A stretch of DNA of 64,000 nt from Cyanophora paradoxa CCMP329 (taxonomy: Eukaryota; Plantae; Glaucophyta): NCBI GenBank assembly GCA_004431415.1, contig QPMI01000261.1:54827-118826 (forward strand), read 5' to 3'. The translations under genes and the position numbers were made by a program. Below are positions 23,951 to 35,897 of this stretch, piece after piece. The number at the start of each line of letters is the position of its first letter. The stretch's first letter is position 1. Below the pieces are notes generated by a model. The model did no database searches and had not been told where the DNA came from. It saw only the letters and a list, made by a program, of their open reading frames with translations.

Positions 23951-26432
23951 ATGAAAGAAAGCGCGCCCGGCGCTGGAAAGCCCGCCGCACATGACGCGGC
24001 TAAGCCAGCAGAGAAGCAGTCGCCGATGCCCCAGGTCCGCGTGTCGCCTCTGCTGTCGGTCCCGTCTGATGTCAAGACGGCCGACGCTGACGCGTCTCTC
24101 TTTCTGCAGCGCGGCAAGAGCTGGGCGACGGCGGCAGCGGGTTCTGGTTCGTCCCGCCATTCACGATGTCGCCGCGTTCCGCACCATTTTGACGCGCGCG
24201 GAATCGCGCAGGAACGCCTCCGCAAGGCAGTCCGACGCCGTCCAGGCCGCCGCCGGCTCCGCGGACGCCGGAGTCGGCTCCATCCCGAACTCCACCGCAA
24301 GGCGGTCGACCGCAGCCCGTCCTCTCTCCTCTCCTTCCTCTTGCAGGTGGTTCCGGAAGCGGCGGTGCAGCTGGCGCCTCCGGACATTCGCCTGCTCCCG
24401 CGGGGCCTCCCGCCACGGCTGTTGCATCGGGTGGCGCGAAGCTCGATAGCCATCCGGCTGCCGCTGGCGGTGCTGGCGGGAAACCAGTGCCTGCAAAAGG
24501 CGGTCACGGCGCTGGGGACTCCCATGGGCGTCCCAACGGGGAGGCGGCAAGTCACGGGCGCGGGGACGACGGTCGGGGCAAGCGCGGCGGTGGTGGCGGA
24601 GGAAAGAAAGGAGGAGGAAAGGGACGCGACTCCGGTGGTGGCAGCGGCGCCAGGAGGTCCGGCTCGGCGGACGAGGATGAAGAGCGGACACGGGAGGCGA
24701 GCGGCCCGTCTGGGGGCGACGGTCACGGGGCCCACCATCCGCCCGGTGCGCCAGCGTCGGGCCATGCAGCAGCAGCGCCCAACGCGGCGGCTTCGGAAGC
24801 CGCGCGCCGGCACCACAAGGAGTCTCCCACGCCGCCGCTCCCCGCCCGCGGCTGGGAAGGCCCGGCACGCGTGTTAGCCGCCCAAGGCCCGCCTCAGCCG
24901 CCACAACTGCCTCATCACGCCGGCGCCCCTGCCCAGTCTCAGCCCCATACGCAACAGCACGGACAACCGCACGGGCCGCAGGCGGCTTCGACGGCGGGGA
25001 GCCAGCAACACGGACCAGAGGAGCACGCGCCCCCGCCCGCACCCGGCGCGCAGGGGGCGCCGGGCGTGAGCGGCGGTGCGGGCGGGCCCTCCGCGGCGGG
25101 CGCGCGGGGCCGGCAGACGACGACGCCTCCCGCGAGGCAGCCCTCCCCGCCGCCCCGCGGGCCCCCGTGCAGCCCCAGGCCCTCGCCCCGCCCCAAGGTC
25201 AGCCCCAGCCGCCCGATTCCAAGCCGGTCCCTGCGCCGCCGGCCCCGCAGCAGGCGGGCGCTCCGGGCGCGCACCCGCCCGGGCAGCAGCGCGGGCCCAT
25301 CCCAGCGCTCCCGCTGCCGGCTCGCGGTCCGGCGGAGCAGCAGCCGTCGCCGCGGTCGGGCCGCGCGTCGGGGGGACCCGGAGCGGGGCCGGCGTCGCCG
25401 CCGCAGACGGGGCCGGGGATGCCGCCGGGGTCGATGTTCGGAGCGCTGCCGGCGATGGGCCTGGCGCACGCGCTCGGGGAGGAGCAGCACCGGGGCATCC
25501 TGCCGGCGCCCCCCGGGCCGGCCGAGGCGCACCACTTCCTCGCCCAACACGGCCCGCACCTGCTCCAGCACCCGCCCGGCCAGCAGCTCCCCTTCGGCGG
25601 GCCCATGGCGCACCTCCAGCAGCTACAGCTCGCCGGCGTCATGCCGCCGCCGCAGCTGCCGCGGGGCGCCTGGGGCCCTGCGCCCCACGAGATGGGGCAC
25701 GGGCAGCAGGGCGCGCAGCAGCAGCCGGGCCAGGGCCAGGGCTGGATGGAGGGGCACCCGCACGGGGGGCCCCACGGGCCCACGCCCCCGCCTGGCTTTC
25801 CCCCCGAGGGCCACCCGCCCGCCGACTTCGTCAAGATCCTCGTCGACAAGATCGACCAGCAGGTGCCTTTATGCCCCCGCCGCCGCGCCAACGCCGACGC
25901 GGGGCAGGGGGCGGAGCTGGGCCAGCTGCGGGCGGCGAAGCAGCAGGCCGAGGAGCAGATCGGGAAGCTGCGGGAGGAGCTCGAACACGAGCGCGGCGAG
26001 AAGGAGAAGGAGAAGGCTGCACAGAAGAAGCTGCGCGTCAAGGAGATGGCCCACAACCAGAGCATCGACGAGCTCAAGGCGCGCGCGCCCCGCCGCGCCC
26101 CCACGTCCGCGGCGGGGCGGCTGAGGTGGGCGCAGCAAGAGAACCACGCCCTGCGCGAGCGCCTCCGCCAGCTCGAGGAGCGCCTCGGGCAGACCATGCA
26201 GGTGCCCCCGGGCGCGCCCGCCCCCTGGCGCCCCTCACGCCGCCCCCAGATGCTGCCCGGCCCCATGCACCCGATGCCCGGCGAGGGCGCGCCGATGATG
26301 CCCGGCATGCCCATGGGGCTGCCCCCCATGTACATTGGGGCGCACCACCGGACCCCGCCCCGCGCCCCCTCGCCGCACGAGTTCTTCAACGTCCCCCCGC
26401 CCCCGCCCCAGCAGCAGCCCCCCCAGCAATGA
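23951..26432 (+). CDS. Low-complexity G/P/Q/H-rich protein with C-terminal coiled coil
   Basis: ATG 23951, spliced exons; coiled coil QIGKLREELEHERGEKEKEK..LRERLRQLEERL; TGA at 26430-26432. Confidence 0.65.
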
Positions 26433-27358
26433 CCCTCTCCCTCTTCACCTATAATGCATTTAATTTCATTTCGCCTCCAAGAATGCCCCGTGTTCACAAG
26501 CACTGCCCACACACAAGGAAACGTGTTCACAAAGATGCACAGAGGTTCGATCGGTGGTGCAGAGGACCCCTAGTCTGTGACAGAAATATAACAGTTTAAC
26601 TGATGAGCCGGTGCGAGTCGCCGCGCAGGTTCCGAAGACCCCGGCCCAGGCCGCCGCCCAGCCATCGTTGGTACCCCTCCTCACCTTCAACGTTACCGGT
26701 AGTTGTAAGTTGAACCGAAGTTAAACGCCTCGCCACCTTGCGATCCGGTTGCGAGCCGGCGGCAAGCGAGAAGCCTCGATCGATGAAGATACAGCGTCTG
26801 GCCCAGTGGAGGCTCGCGTCGACGCGGCGGGCCGGGAGGTCGTCGTCTTGGCAGACGTCGCCGCGCTCCTTGCCACGGGTTGCGCGGTGTATATATATAT
26901 GCGACGACGCTCGCATTAAATATTCCAGGGGCTCACGCGCCGGCAGGAAAGAGCCAGCTCGCGCGCGACGCTTTCAGCGCCAAGTTCACAATTAGTAGTA
27001 CAACGCTGTGTAAAGGGGTTCGTTGGGGGGGCTCGTTGCAATTGGGGTTCCGGCCCCCTTGGGCAGCATTCCTCTCCCTTAGCGGCCAGTCCGTGGCGGG
27101 AACGGGCGAGCCTCCGGCCGCGGGCACGGCCCGCACCTTAAGCTTGATCTTTTGATCTTAAGCCCGTAGAGCAAGTAGACCTAGGTTTCGATCTCGAGCT
27201 TCGGTATTCGATTTCGATCCCGACGTCACTTGCCTATCCGACTGAGCCCTTACGATTCGACCGGCGGCCCACTGCTAGCCAAACAGCTACTAGGGCTAGT
27301 CCAGATGTTGTCGGTCGTCTCTGAAATGCACAAGGAAAGCGTTGCGCTGCCACAGTCC

Positions 27359-27784
27359 CTAGGATGCGTTGATCTTCTCACATTCGTCGATCCACTCGCT
27401 GTACACATCGACGGGCTCGCTCAGCTCTGCCGCAGTGCGCCCGATCATCAGCCGGCGACGTTTGTTCCGGCTTCGCACGCTCGCGCACTGTTCGTGACGA
27501 CCTGGTAGCTCTCCGCGCACACTCGGCAGTTCACGCGCCCCGTGTTCTTCTCGCGGTCGCTGCAGCGATAAATCAGATGGTGGCGCATGCGCGGCGGATG
27601 CCAGCGCTGACGCACATCTTGACGTCGACGCTTCCGGAGTGATTGCAGAAGGGACAATCGAAGCTCGTTGGGATGGTCGGCCTTTTCGCCTTTACAACCT
27701 GATGTGCGCGGTCGTCTACCGAGCTGCGCGGTCGGCGGGAGCCTCGGAGCGCCTCACCTTTGTCTTTTTTGCGCGCTTGCCCAT
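27359..27784 (-). CDS. ELF1: Transcription elongation factor Elf1
   Basis: MGKRAKKTK|..FDCPFCNH..NCRVCAESY..LSEPVDVYSEWIDECE. Confidence 0.93.
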
Positions 27785-28136
27785 CTGTCTGGCTTGTGCC
27801 CGGCGCTTCCTGCTGTCCTTTCTACGTCCCGCGCTTCCCGCCTTGCTGCCCAGAAGCACAATGCAAACGGATCTCACTTCACGCTTCTGATCTCGGTAAC
27901 GCTTCCGCTGAGGTTCGGAAGGCTTCAAGCTTAGTTGCGCACGAAGTCGACCGCGGTACCCCGTTCAAATTCGAAACCCGCGCCGGCCTGCGCCGGTACC
28001 GGTCCAATTTCAATGTACATGACCCCGAATCTGGCTAGCTATATAGCGCTGGCGCCGGCGTTGCAAGCTTAGCTTTAGCTTATAATATTAATGAAGCGTG
28101 TTCAACACTACTCAAGCTAAAGCGCTTGCAGCAAAG

Positions 28137-29690
28137 CTACGCGCGCGTCCCAACGGTGCCGACTGTCCCAACGGAGGCGGCGCTCTTGACAGATCCGGCG
28201 ACGGACTGGGAGCGCGTCCGGTTGCCGGCGGACTTGACGGAGCCCGGCCCCGCGGAGCCCGCCTTCGCGCGGAGCTTCTCGAGGCGCTTCTGCCGCCTCG
28301 CCGCCCGCCTCGCCTCCCGCTCCGCCTCCGCCTTGGCGACGAGGTGAGCCATGAAGCTCGAGACCCCTTCCAAGTACTGGCGCGGGCTGAGGAGAGCAGG
28401 GGGTGTGGAGGGGGCCGGGGCGGGACGGACCTTCTCGGCGTACTCGGGGACAAGGGGGTTCCCGTGGAGGGCGAGCACAATGAGCGTCCGCGAGATGCGG
28501 CCCAGCTCGATCGGCACCCTGCCCGCCCCGCCGCTCGCCGGCCGTGCGGGCGGGGGCGGGGGCGGGGCCGGGGGCGGACGTGGAGATGACGTTGTTGGAG
28601 AGGTAGAGCTTGCGGAGTCGGTGGAGCTTGAAGACCTCCGCCGGCAGCTCCGCGATCTTGTTCTCCTGCAGGTCGAGCAGCTGCGCGGCGGCTCGGGCGG
28701 GGGCGCCGGGGCGGGCGCGGGCGGGGGGCACCTCGAGGTTGTAGAGCTCGAACAGCTCGGCGGGGATGGAGAGGAGGCCGCGGCCGGCGAGGATGAGGCA
28801 GTTGGTGGAGTGCGAGAGCGTGACCGCCGCCGCCATCTCATCTGCCATCTCCGTCCCATCTCCGATCTTCAGCAGCGCCTCCCGCCGCTGTGCCTGTAGT
28901 AGCTCCATCTTCTCCTTCTCCGCCCTGCCCGAGCCCGCCCCGCGTCGGCCCCGCGTCGGCAGCGCGTCGGCCGCGCGGCGGCAGCGATCCGGGCGGCGGG
29001 GGCGGACCTGGCGATGGCGCGCAGCTTGCCCTCCTCGAGGGCGACGTCCTCGCGCTTGATCGGCCGCGAGTTCTCGATCGACTTCAGCCGGATCAGCGCC
29101 TCGCTCAGCTTCTCGATCCGCAGCTTCTGCGTGAACTGCCGTCCCCGCTCGGGCCACCGCGCGCCGGCAAGGCGGCCGCACCCTCCCGCACCTCTTCTTG
29201 GTACTCGGGCGAGCCCTCGGGAAAGAGCTCGATGTTGATCTTCTTGCCCTGCAGCAGCCCCGGGGCAGACATATGCTGCAAAGCGAAAGACCATCAACTT
29301 TTGCCCTGCAGCAGCCACCTGGATCGCTTACCCATATGTTGACTAGACCCAAGCGATCCATCATCTTCACTAAAGTATCAGCAGCTGTGCAGGCTGTCAG
29401 CGCGCTGGACCAGAGCATCGACGGTTTTTTACTTGACCTTGTCTGTATGCCGACTCTCGCAGCGTCGGCTGCCGGAGTTGATTGTCAAAGAATTCGTTTG
29501 TCTCTCGGGTCTTTTCCTCAAACTCGGCGTACCGCGTACTGCAGCAAACGCATGAGAGAGCGCGCGGCATACGATGAGAGAGAGCGGTCGAGTCGGCGTG
29601 CCTGCAGTGAAGCAGTTTCCGACCCAGCGCTTTGTCCCATGCCAAGTCTTTCTGCCCGGGCGCACTGGATGGCCCGGCGGCGCTTGCCAT
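28137..29690 (-). CDS. Leucine-rich repeat protein with N-terminal coiled coil
   Basis: LLSIPAELFELYNLE|LLDLQENKIAELPAEVFKLHRLRKLYLSNN, LIVLALHGNPL. Confidence 0.8.
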
Positions 29691-30146
29691 GAGCAGTGGC
29701 TAAATCTTTGACGCTTGCGTGGACTATCGCAGGTGCTGCGGAGGCGTGTGACTGGAGCACTAGCGAGAGCTGTCTCTGCAGCCTGCTGGCTTGTGAGCTT
29801 AGCTGAGGCTTTTGTCCTTTGTATGTCTCGACGTACAGCTACGAAGTGCAACTTTTTTTGATTCGGACGGGTAGATGCTGTTTGAGGAGCCACCGCGCGC
29901 AACATAAGCCAGACCCGTTCAGCCGTTCGGCCGTGCAAATAAGCTACAAAGCTGTTCGCGCAGTTAGTTCGCCCGGTGCCCAGGCCCAGCGCATACTCGG
30001 CAGTTACACGTTCTGCCCTTTCCGGCTTTAACCGTCCGGCGCGCGGTTCCGTCCCGTGCAAAATGCTGGCGCATGCAGAGCTAGCCGTAGCCGCCTCGCA
30101 AGAAGCTTGGCGGCATGCAAGTCCTGTAAACCTCAACGCCGCCACC

Positions 30147-31732
30147 ATGCCCCGGCGCAAGCGTGTGACCGTTCTTGGTGCCGGATCGTGGGGAACGGCA
30201 ATCGCCAAGATCTGCGGTGCGATGGCGCGCGGCGCGGCGTGGCGCGGGGCGCGCGCGCGGTGCGATGGCGCGATGCGCGTCCTCACGTATGCGCGTCCCC
30301 GCGTCGCGCAGGGGAGAACACGCGGATCCACCGCGGGCTGTTCGAGGAAGAAGTGCGCGTGTGGGTGTACGATGAGATGGTGGAAGGCCGCTGGCTCTCC
30401 GAATGGATCACATCACATCAAATCAACCCGCGCTACATGCCCGGGGTGAAGCTGCCGACGAACCTGCGGGCGGTGACGGAGCTGGAGGCGGCGGTGAAGG
30501 ACGCCGACGTGCTCGTCTTCGTCATCCCCCACCAGTTCCTCCACTCCATCTGCAGTGCCCCGCCCCGCCCCGCCCCCCCGCCCCCACCCCCCCGCCGCCC
30601 CGCCGCCGAGGCCGGCCGCAGAGCAGATGCAGGGGAAGATACTGCGCACGGCAAAGGCGATCTCCCTCTCGAAGGGCGCGCCCATGCCCCGCCGGCCCGC
30701 CCCGGGGCCGCCGGCTGAGGCTGAGCTGCGCAGGCGCCGAGTACCATGAGGAGACAAAGCAGCTCTGGCTGAGCTCCGACACCAGTAAGCCGTTGCAAAT
30801 TTACAAAAAAGTTTTTTTCTGATATGGCATCGTTAATAGTCAAAGCGGAGCTCGGGATCGAGACTGCCGTGCTGATGGTGCGGGGCCCCGCCCGGGCACG
30901 CGGGGGTGGCGGGGAGTGGGGCCGGGCGCTGGGCGGCCGGTCTGAGGGGGCGGGCAGGGGGCGAACATCGCGTCGGAGATAGCGGAGGAGCGGTTCAGCG
31001 AGACGACGGTGGGGTGCTACCTGGAGCAGGACGGGGAGATGTTCCGCATGCTCTTCGACCGCCCCTTCTTCCGCGTCTCGGTCATCCACGACGTCAAGGG
31101 GCCCGAGCTCTGCGGCGCCCTCAAGAACGTCATCGCCCTCGCCGCCGGCTTCTGCGACGGCCTCAAGATGGGCGACAACACCAAGGCCGCCGTCATGCGC
31201 CTCGGCCTCATGGCGCGCGCGCCGCCCGCGCTGCGCGGGGCGGGGGCGGGTGCGAGCGGGGCGCAGGAGATGATGAAGTTCAGCAAGACCTTCTTCACGG
31301 GCGTCCTCGACCGCACCTTCCTCGAGTCCTGCGGCGTCGCCGACCTCGCGCGCCCCGCCCCCCCGCCCCGCCCCGCCCCCCGGCCCCGCTCACCGCGGCC
31401 GGCAGATCACGACCTGCGCGGGGGGCCGCCACCGGCGCTGCGGGGAGGCCTTCGTGCGGACGGGGAAGAGCTGGGAGGAGCTCGAGGCGGAGCTGCTGAA
31501 CGGGCAGAAGCTGCAGGGCCAGGAGACCTGCGTCGACGTCTACCGCGTCCTCTCCGCCCGCAACATGCTCCACGAGTTCCCCCTCCTCACCCGCATCTAC
31601 AAGATCGCCTTCGAGAAGGTGCCCCGCCGCCGCGCCCCGACGCCCCCGCCCCGCCGCCGGCGCCCCGCCGGCCCCCCGCCGAACGCGAGCGCCCCGCAGG
31701 CGCCCCCCGCCTCCCTCTTCGAGGACCTCTGA
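30147..31732 (+). CDS. GPD1: NAD-dependent glycerol-3-phosphate dehydrogenase
   Basis: VLGAGSWGTAIA, FVIPHQF, SLSKG, MGANIA, ELCGALKNVIA, GDNTKAA, ESCGVADLITTC. Confidence 0.95.
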
Positions 31733-31899
31733 TCGCCCGCGCCCCGGCCCCCATTCTTTGAAGCGCCCTGTACTCCAGCCGCCCCTTCCCTGCCGCCCCC
31801 CCTCCTTATTTGCATACTGTAGAGACCCCTGAGTGCCCGAGCGCTTGTATACGTTTGTATCGATACTCCCCGAGTGCGGTTGTGTGATTTGGGGCGGGG

Positions 31900-32743
31900 C
31901 TACCGGAAGCGATCCTGGGGGTCTATGCTGCGCTTGCAGACCGGGCAGTTCTTGTTGATCACGCACCACTGCGCCGGCGGGGCCTCAGCGCGGCGGCGCG
32001 GCACGCGGCGGCGAGGCGCACCTGGTCGGCGCAGGACTTGTGGAACTGCGGCCGCGTGAGCAGCGGGGGCGGATGGGGCAGGGCGGGGCGGGGCGGGGGC
32101 GGGGGCGCACGGCGTGGAGGCAGGGGAGGGTGCGGACCTCGACGCCCTCCTCGTAGTCCTCCAGGCACACCATGCACGACGCCTGGTCCCGCGACGCCGT
32201 CCCCCGAGACCACCGCGCCACTGCGCCCCGGCCCCGCTCGCCCCCGCGGCCGCCGCCGAGCTGCCCGCGCAGGCAGCTAGCTGGAGCGGCAACGGACGCG
32301 TACGCACCGGGGAGCATCTCGATGACGGCCACGGACGCGCCCTGCATCTTCGACTGCGCTTCTGCGTCTCTTTCCAGTTCTCTTATCATCTCCTGGATTC
32401 TCGCTTGCGACGCCCTGTTGACCTGCGGCGCGGCCGCTAGCGCTGCTCAGCTGCTCCTCCGCGCGCGTGGCAGCCCAGCGCGTACTGTGGGTTGCTTCGC
32501 CTCTACGTCGATCCGCGCCATCGCCGCGCTGAAGGCCCAGTCGTTCTGCGGCGGCAGGCGTCGCTGCTGCGCCCGCCGCGCCTCCTCCTCTGCACCCCGC
32601 CAGCCCGACCCGTCATGCGATGCGAGTCTCTTTGCACCGTCGCGGCAGGAGCCACGCAGCGCCCAGAGCCCCGGCCGCAACGGTCCTTGAGCTGGTCAAG
32701 GCGCACCAGCACGCGCGCGGGCCTGCGCCACCGGGTCCTCCAT
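31900..32743 (-). CDS. RING-H2 E3 ubiquitin ligase; start approximate
   Basis: CMVCLEDY..LPCLHA|FHKSCADQ|WCVINKNCPVCK. Confidence 0.88.
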
Positions 32744-32872
32744 CTTCGACTCTTCCCCTCCCATCGTCGCTGTCTGCTGTGGCTAAGCCGTTTCCGCGCT
32801 TTCCAGGCGAACGAAGGCCCGATAAGCCGGGGTATCGGGGTTTGGCGCTGTTTGAGAGCAAACAAACAGCGA

Positions 32873-34485
32873 ATGAGAGCTGCGCTGTTTGCATCCGTCG
32901 TATGTGTTCCCGCGAATCGAGCTAAGGTAGAACTTCCGACCGGGCTCCGGGGCTTCAGCGGCGTCGCGTACGACAGCTGCCAGAAGCAGCAGCGCGCAGT
33001 CGCATCGACCCGCTCGGCGTTCGCGGGTCAGCTCGTCCGGTCGTTCGGACGTCGCGGCGTGTTCTCGACGCCTGCCGCGCGCAAAATCATGCCGCCGGTC
33101 GCTCTGCTCGCCCCCGATGAGCCCGGCAAGCGCAACTACGACATCGTCGTCATTGGCTCGGGCGGCGGCGCGAAGGTAGGCCAAGAAAGCAGCTACGCGA
33201 TGCGAGCGTTCGGCGCTCACTCGCCGCGGCGCACGTGCGTAGATTTCGACTCCGTCCTCCAAGCTCGGCTTCAAAGTGCGCGAGCGCGGCGTACGCGCAT
33301 CTCTAAGTCAGAGGGAGTTTGACTGCATGCAGGTCGCACTGTGCGAGAAGGGGCCGCTTGGCGGAACGGTAAGAAACTTCGTAATATGGTCGTGCGGTTT
33401 AGAGTTTTGACCATCGCCTCGTTCAGTGCCTGAATCGCGGGTGCATCCCGAGTAAGATGTTGATTCATGTGCGTCTTTTTCTATCTGAAAGCTCGGAGCC
33501 CCCCGCGCCCCGCGCGCCGCCCCGCGCGCCGCCCCGCGCGCCCTGACCCGGGTGGCAGGTGTCGGACATCACCCGTGAGATCGACGAGAGTTCCCGCATC
33601 GACGTGCGTGTTTTGCCGCCCGCGGCGCCGTCGCCCGCCGTGCCCCGCGCGCGGCGCCGAGGCGGGGCGGGGCGGGGCAGATCAAGCCGGGCCCGTACAC
33701 GGTGGACTACGAAAACCTCATCAAGCGCGTCGCGGACGAGTGCGCCGCCCGCCGCCGGCCGTGGCTGGGGCGCGGGGCGAGCGGGGGGTGCAGGATCGAC
33801 GCGGAGAGCGCGTCGATCAACCCGAACATCGAGAAGAACGAGAACATCGACTGGTACCGCAGCCCCGTCCGCTTCGTCGGGCCCAAGCACCTTGTCACCG
33901 AGGACGGCCGGGTACGCCCCATCCCGCCCCGCCCCGCCCGCGGCTGACGCAGCCGGCAGGAGATCACCGGCGAGCGCATCTTCGTCGTCGCCGGCAGTGC
34001 GCAGGGCGCGGGGCCGGGGTGGTGCGCGCTGCGGGCCGACGGCTTGGGGCGCAGCGCGGCCGACGATCCCGGACATCCCGGGGCTGGCGGGGACCCCATA
34101 CATGACCTCCACCGAGGCCCTCCGGCTCCAGAAGGTGCGGCGCCGGACCCCCGCGCGCCGGCCCCCGCCCACGCCCCCCGCAGAAGCCGCAGAAGATGGT
34201 GCGCGCACCCTGAGCGGCTCCCGGTCGGCGCGAGGCGTCGGCGGGGCGCGCCGACGCGGGCGCAGATCGTGCTGGGAGGGGGCTACATCGCCTGCGAGCT
34301 GGGGCATTTCTTCGGGGGTGCGCTCGCCCCTTCCGGCGGCGCCGGCCGCGCGGGGGGCGCTGAGCTGTGCGGGGGCCAGGGGTGGGCGTGGACGTGCACA
34401 TGCTGGTGCGCTCGACGCTGCTGCGCTTCGAGGACGGCGAGGTCGCCGAGGAGTTCGCCAGGGTGCGCCCGCCCCGCGCCCCGCG

Positions 34486-34522
<37 letters not shown>

Positions 34523-35720
34523 CCGCGCCCGCGGCAGGTCTTCAAGCGGCGCTACCGCACCTCCGAGCGCGTCAAGACGGCGCGCGCCCCGCCCCACGCC
34601 CCGCCCCGGCCCCCGCCAAGGCGGCGGGAGCGCAGACGCGCGTGGAGCACGACGGGCGCCTCTTCACAGTGCACTACACCGACGCCGACGGGAAGGCTCG
34701 CAGCGCGCCGCCCGCGCCCCGTCGATTCCCGGCGGGGCGAGCGGGGGCGGCGCAGGAGCACTCGGACACGGCGGACGCGCTGCTCGTCGCGGTCGGCGTG
34801 ACGCCGAACAGCGACCTTCTGGAGGTGACGAAGGGCGGCATCGAGGCGCGCGGGGGCCGCGGGGCGCTCGCGGGGGGCCGGGGCGCGGGGCGACGGGGCG
34901 GGGCCAGGTTGACGAGCGCGGCTTCGTGAAGGTGGACGAGCGGCTGCGGAGCACGGCGCCCGGCGTGTGGGCCTTCGGGGACATCGCCGGCAACTACCTC
35001 TTCCGCCACAGCGCCAACTTCGAGGGCGAGTACCTCTTCGAGACCGTCATCCGCGCCGCCGACGACTACCCCATCGACTACACCGCCCGCCCCGCCCCGC
35101 CCCCGCCCCGCCCCGCGCGCTGAAATCCCCGCAGGGCATGCCGCACGCCGTCTTCAGCTACCCGCAGGTGGTGCGCGGGGCCGAGGGTAGGGGGGCGGGG
35201 AGCGAGGGTGACGGCGCGGGGGCCAGGCGGGGGTCGGGGAGACCGAGGAGCAGCTGAAGGCGCGCGGGGCGAACTACGTGAAGGCCGTGAACAAGTGCGC
35301 GGGGCCGGGGCGGGGCGGGGCGGGGCGGGCGGTCGGGGGGCGGGGGCGAGGGGCGGGGCCTGGCAGGTACGCGAACTCGGCGATGGGGATGGCGCTGCGC
35401 TCCGAGTCGGGCTTCGTCAAGCTCCTCGTCGAGCGCGGCTCGCGCAAGATCCTCGGGCGCGCCCCGCCCCCCGCCCCCGCGCCGGGCGGCGGGGGCGGGG
35501 CTGAGGGGGCGGCAGGTGCCACATCGTGGGGGACCAGGCGTCGGTGCTCATCCACGAGGTGCTGCCCCTCTTCCGCCTCGGGGGCAGGCTCGACGACATC
35601 CTCTACACCATCCACATCCACCCCGCCCTCTCCGAGCTCGTCCGCAACGCCGCCCGCCGCGCCCGCGACGCCCTCGCCGCCGCCGGCGACGACCTGCCCC
35701 TCCGCCTCACCCTCAAGTAG
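32873..35720 (+). CDS. Plastid-targeted pyridine nucleotide-disulfide oxidoreductase (mycothione reductase / bacterial DLD-like), about 20 exons
   Basis: Transit-like N-terminus; IVVIGSGGG, GGT|CLNRGCIPSKML, VLGGGYIACE, WAFGDIA, IHIHPALSE. Confidence 0.9.
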
Positions 35721-35897
35721 CGCCCCAGACCACCCGCCCCGACCCTCCCTGTTCTCCTGCTGTATAAATACTATTCGGATGCGTTCGAGGTTACGGTTAC
35801 AGGGGACTCGGGGGGAGGTGTCGCGCGTGGTTCGGATGGGGCGGCGGGCGCTGCGGAAGCGCGTGCCGTGCGGGCCGGGGCGGCGTGCGGGCGGGGC

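Noticed and set aside
25863-25905. GTGCCTTT donor resembling U12 GT-AG
   Set aside because: Lacks the ATCC core and a CCTTRAC branch; treated as U2-type
26596-26916. 106-aa minus-strand ORF between convergent genes
   Set aside because: No motif, no typical introns and no codon bias; cannot support it as a gene
34486-34520. Long C/G homopolymers (also about 1460, 9810, 43003 and 51650)
   Set aside because: Lengths are unreliable in assembly; best seen as extremes of the G/C phase pattern
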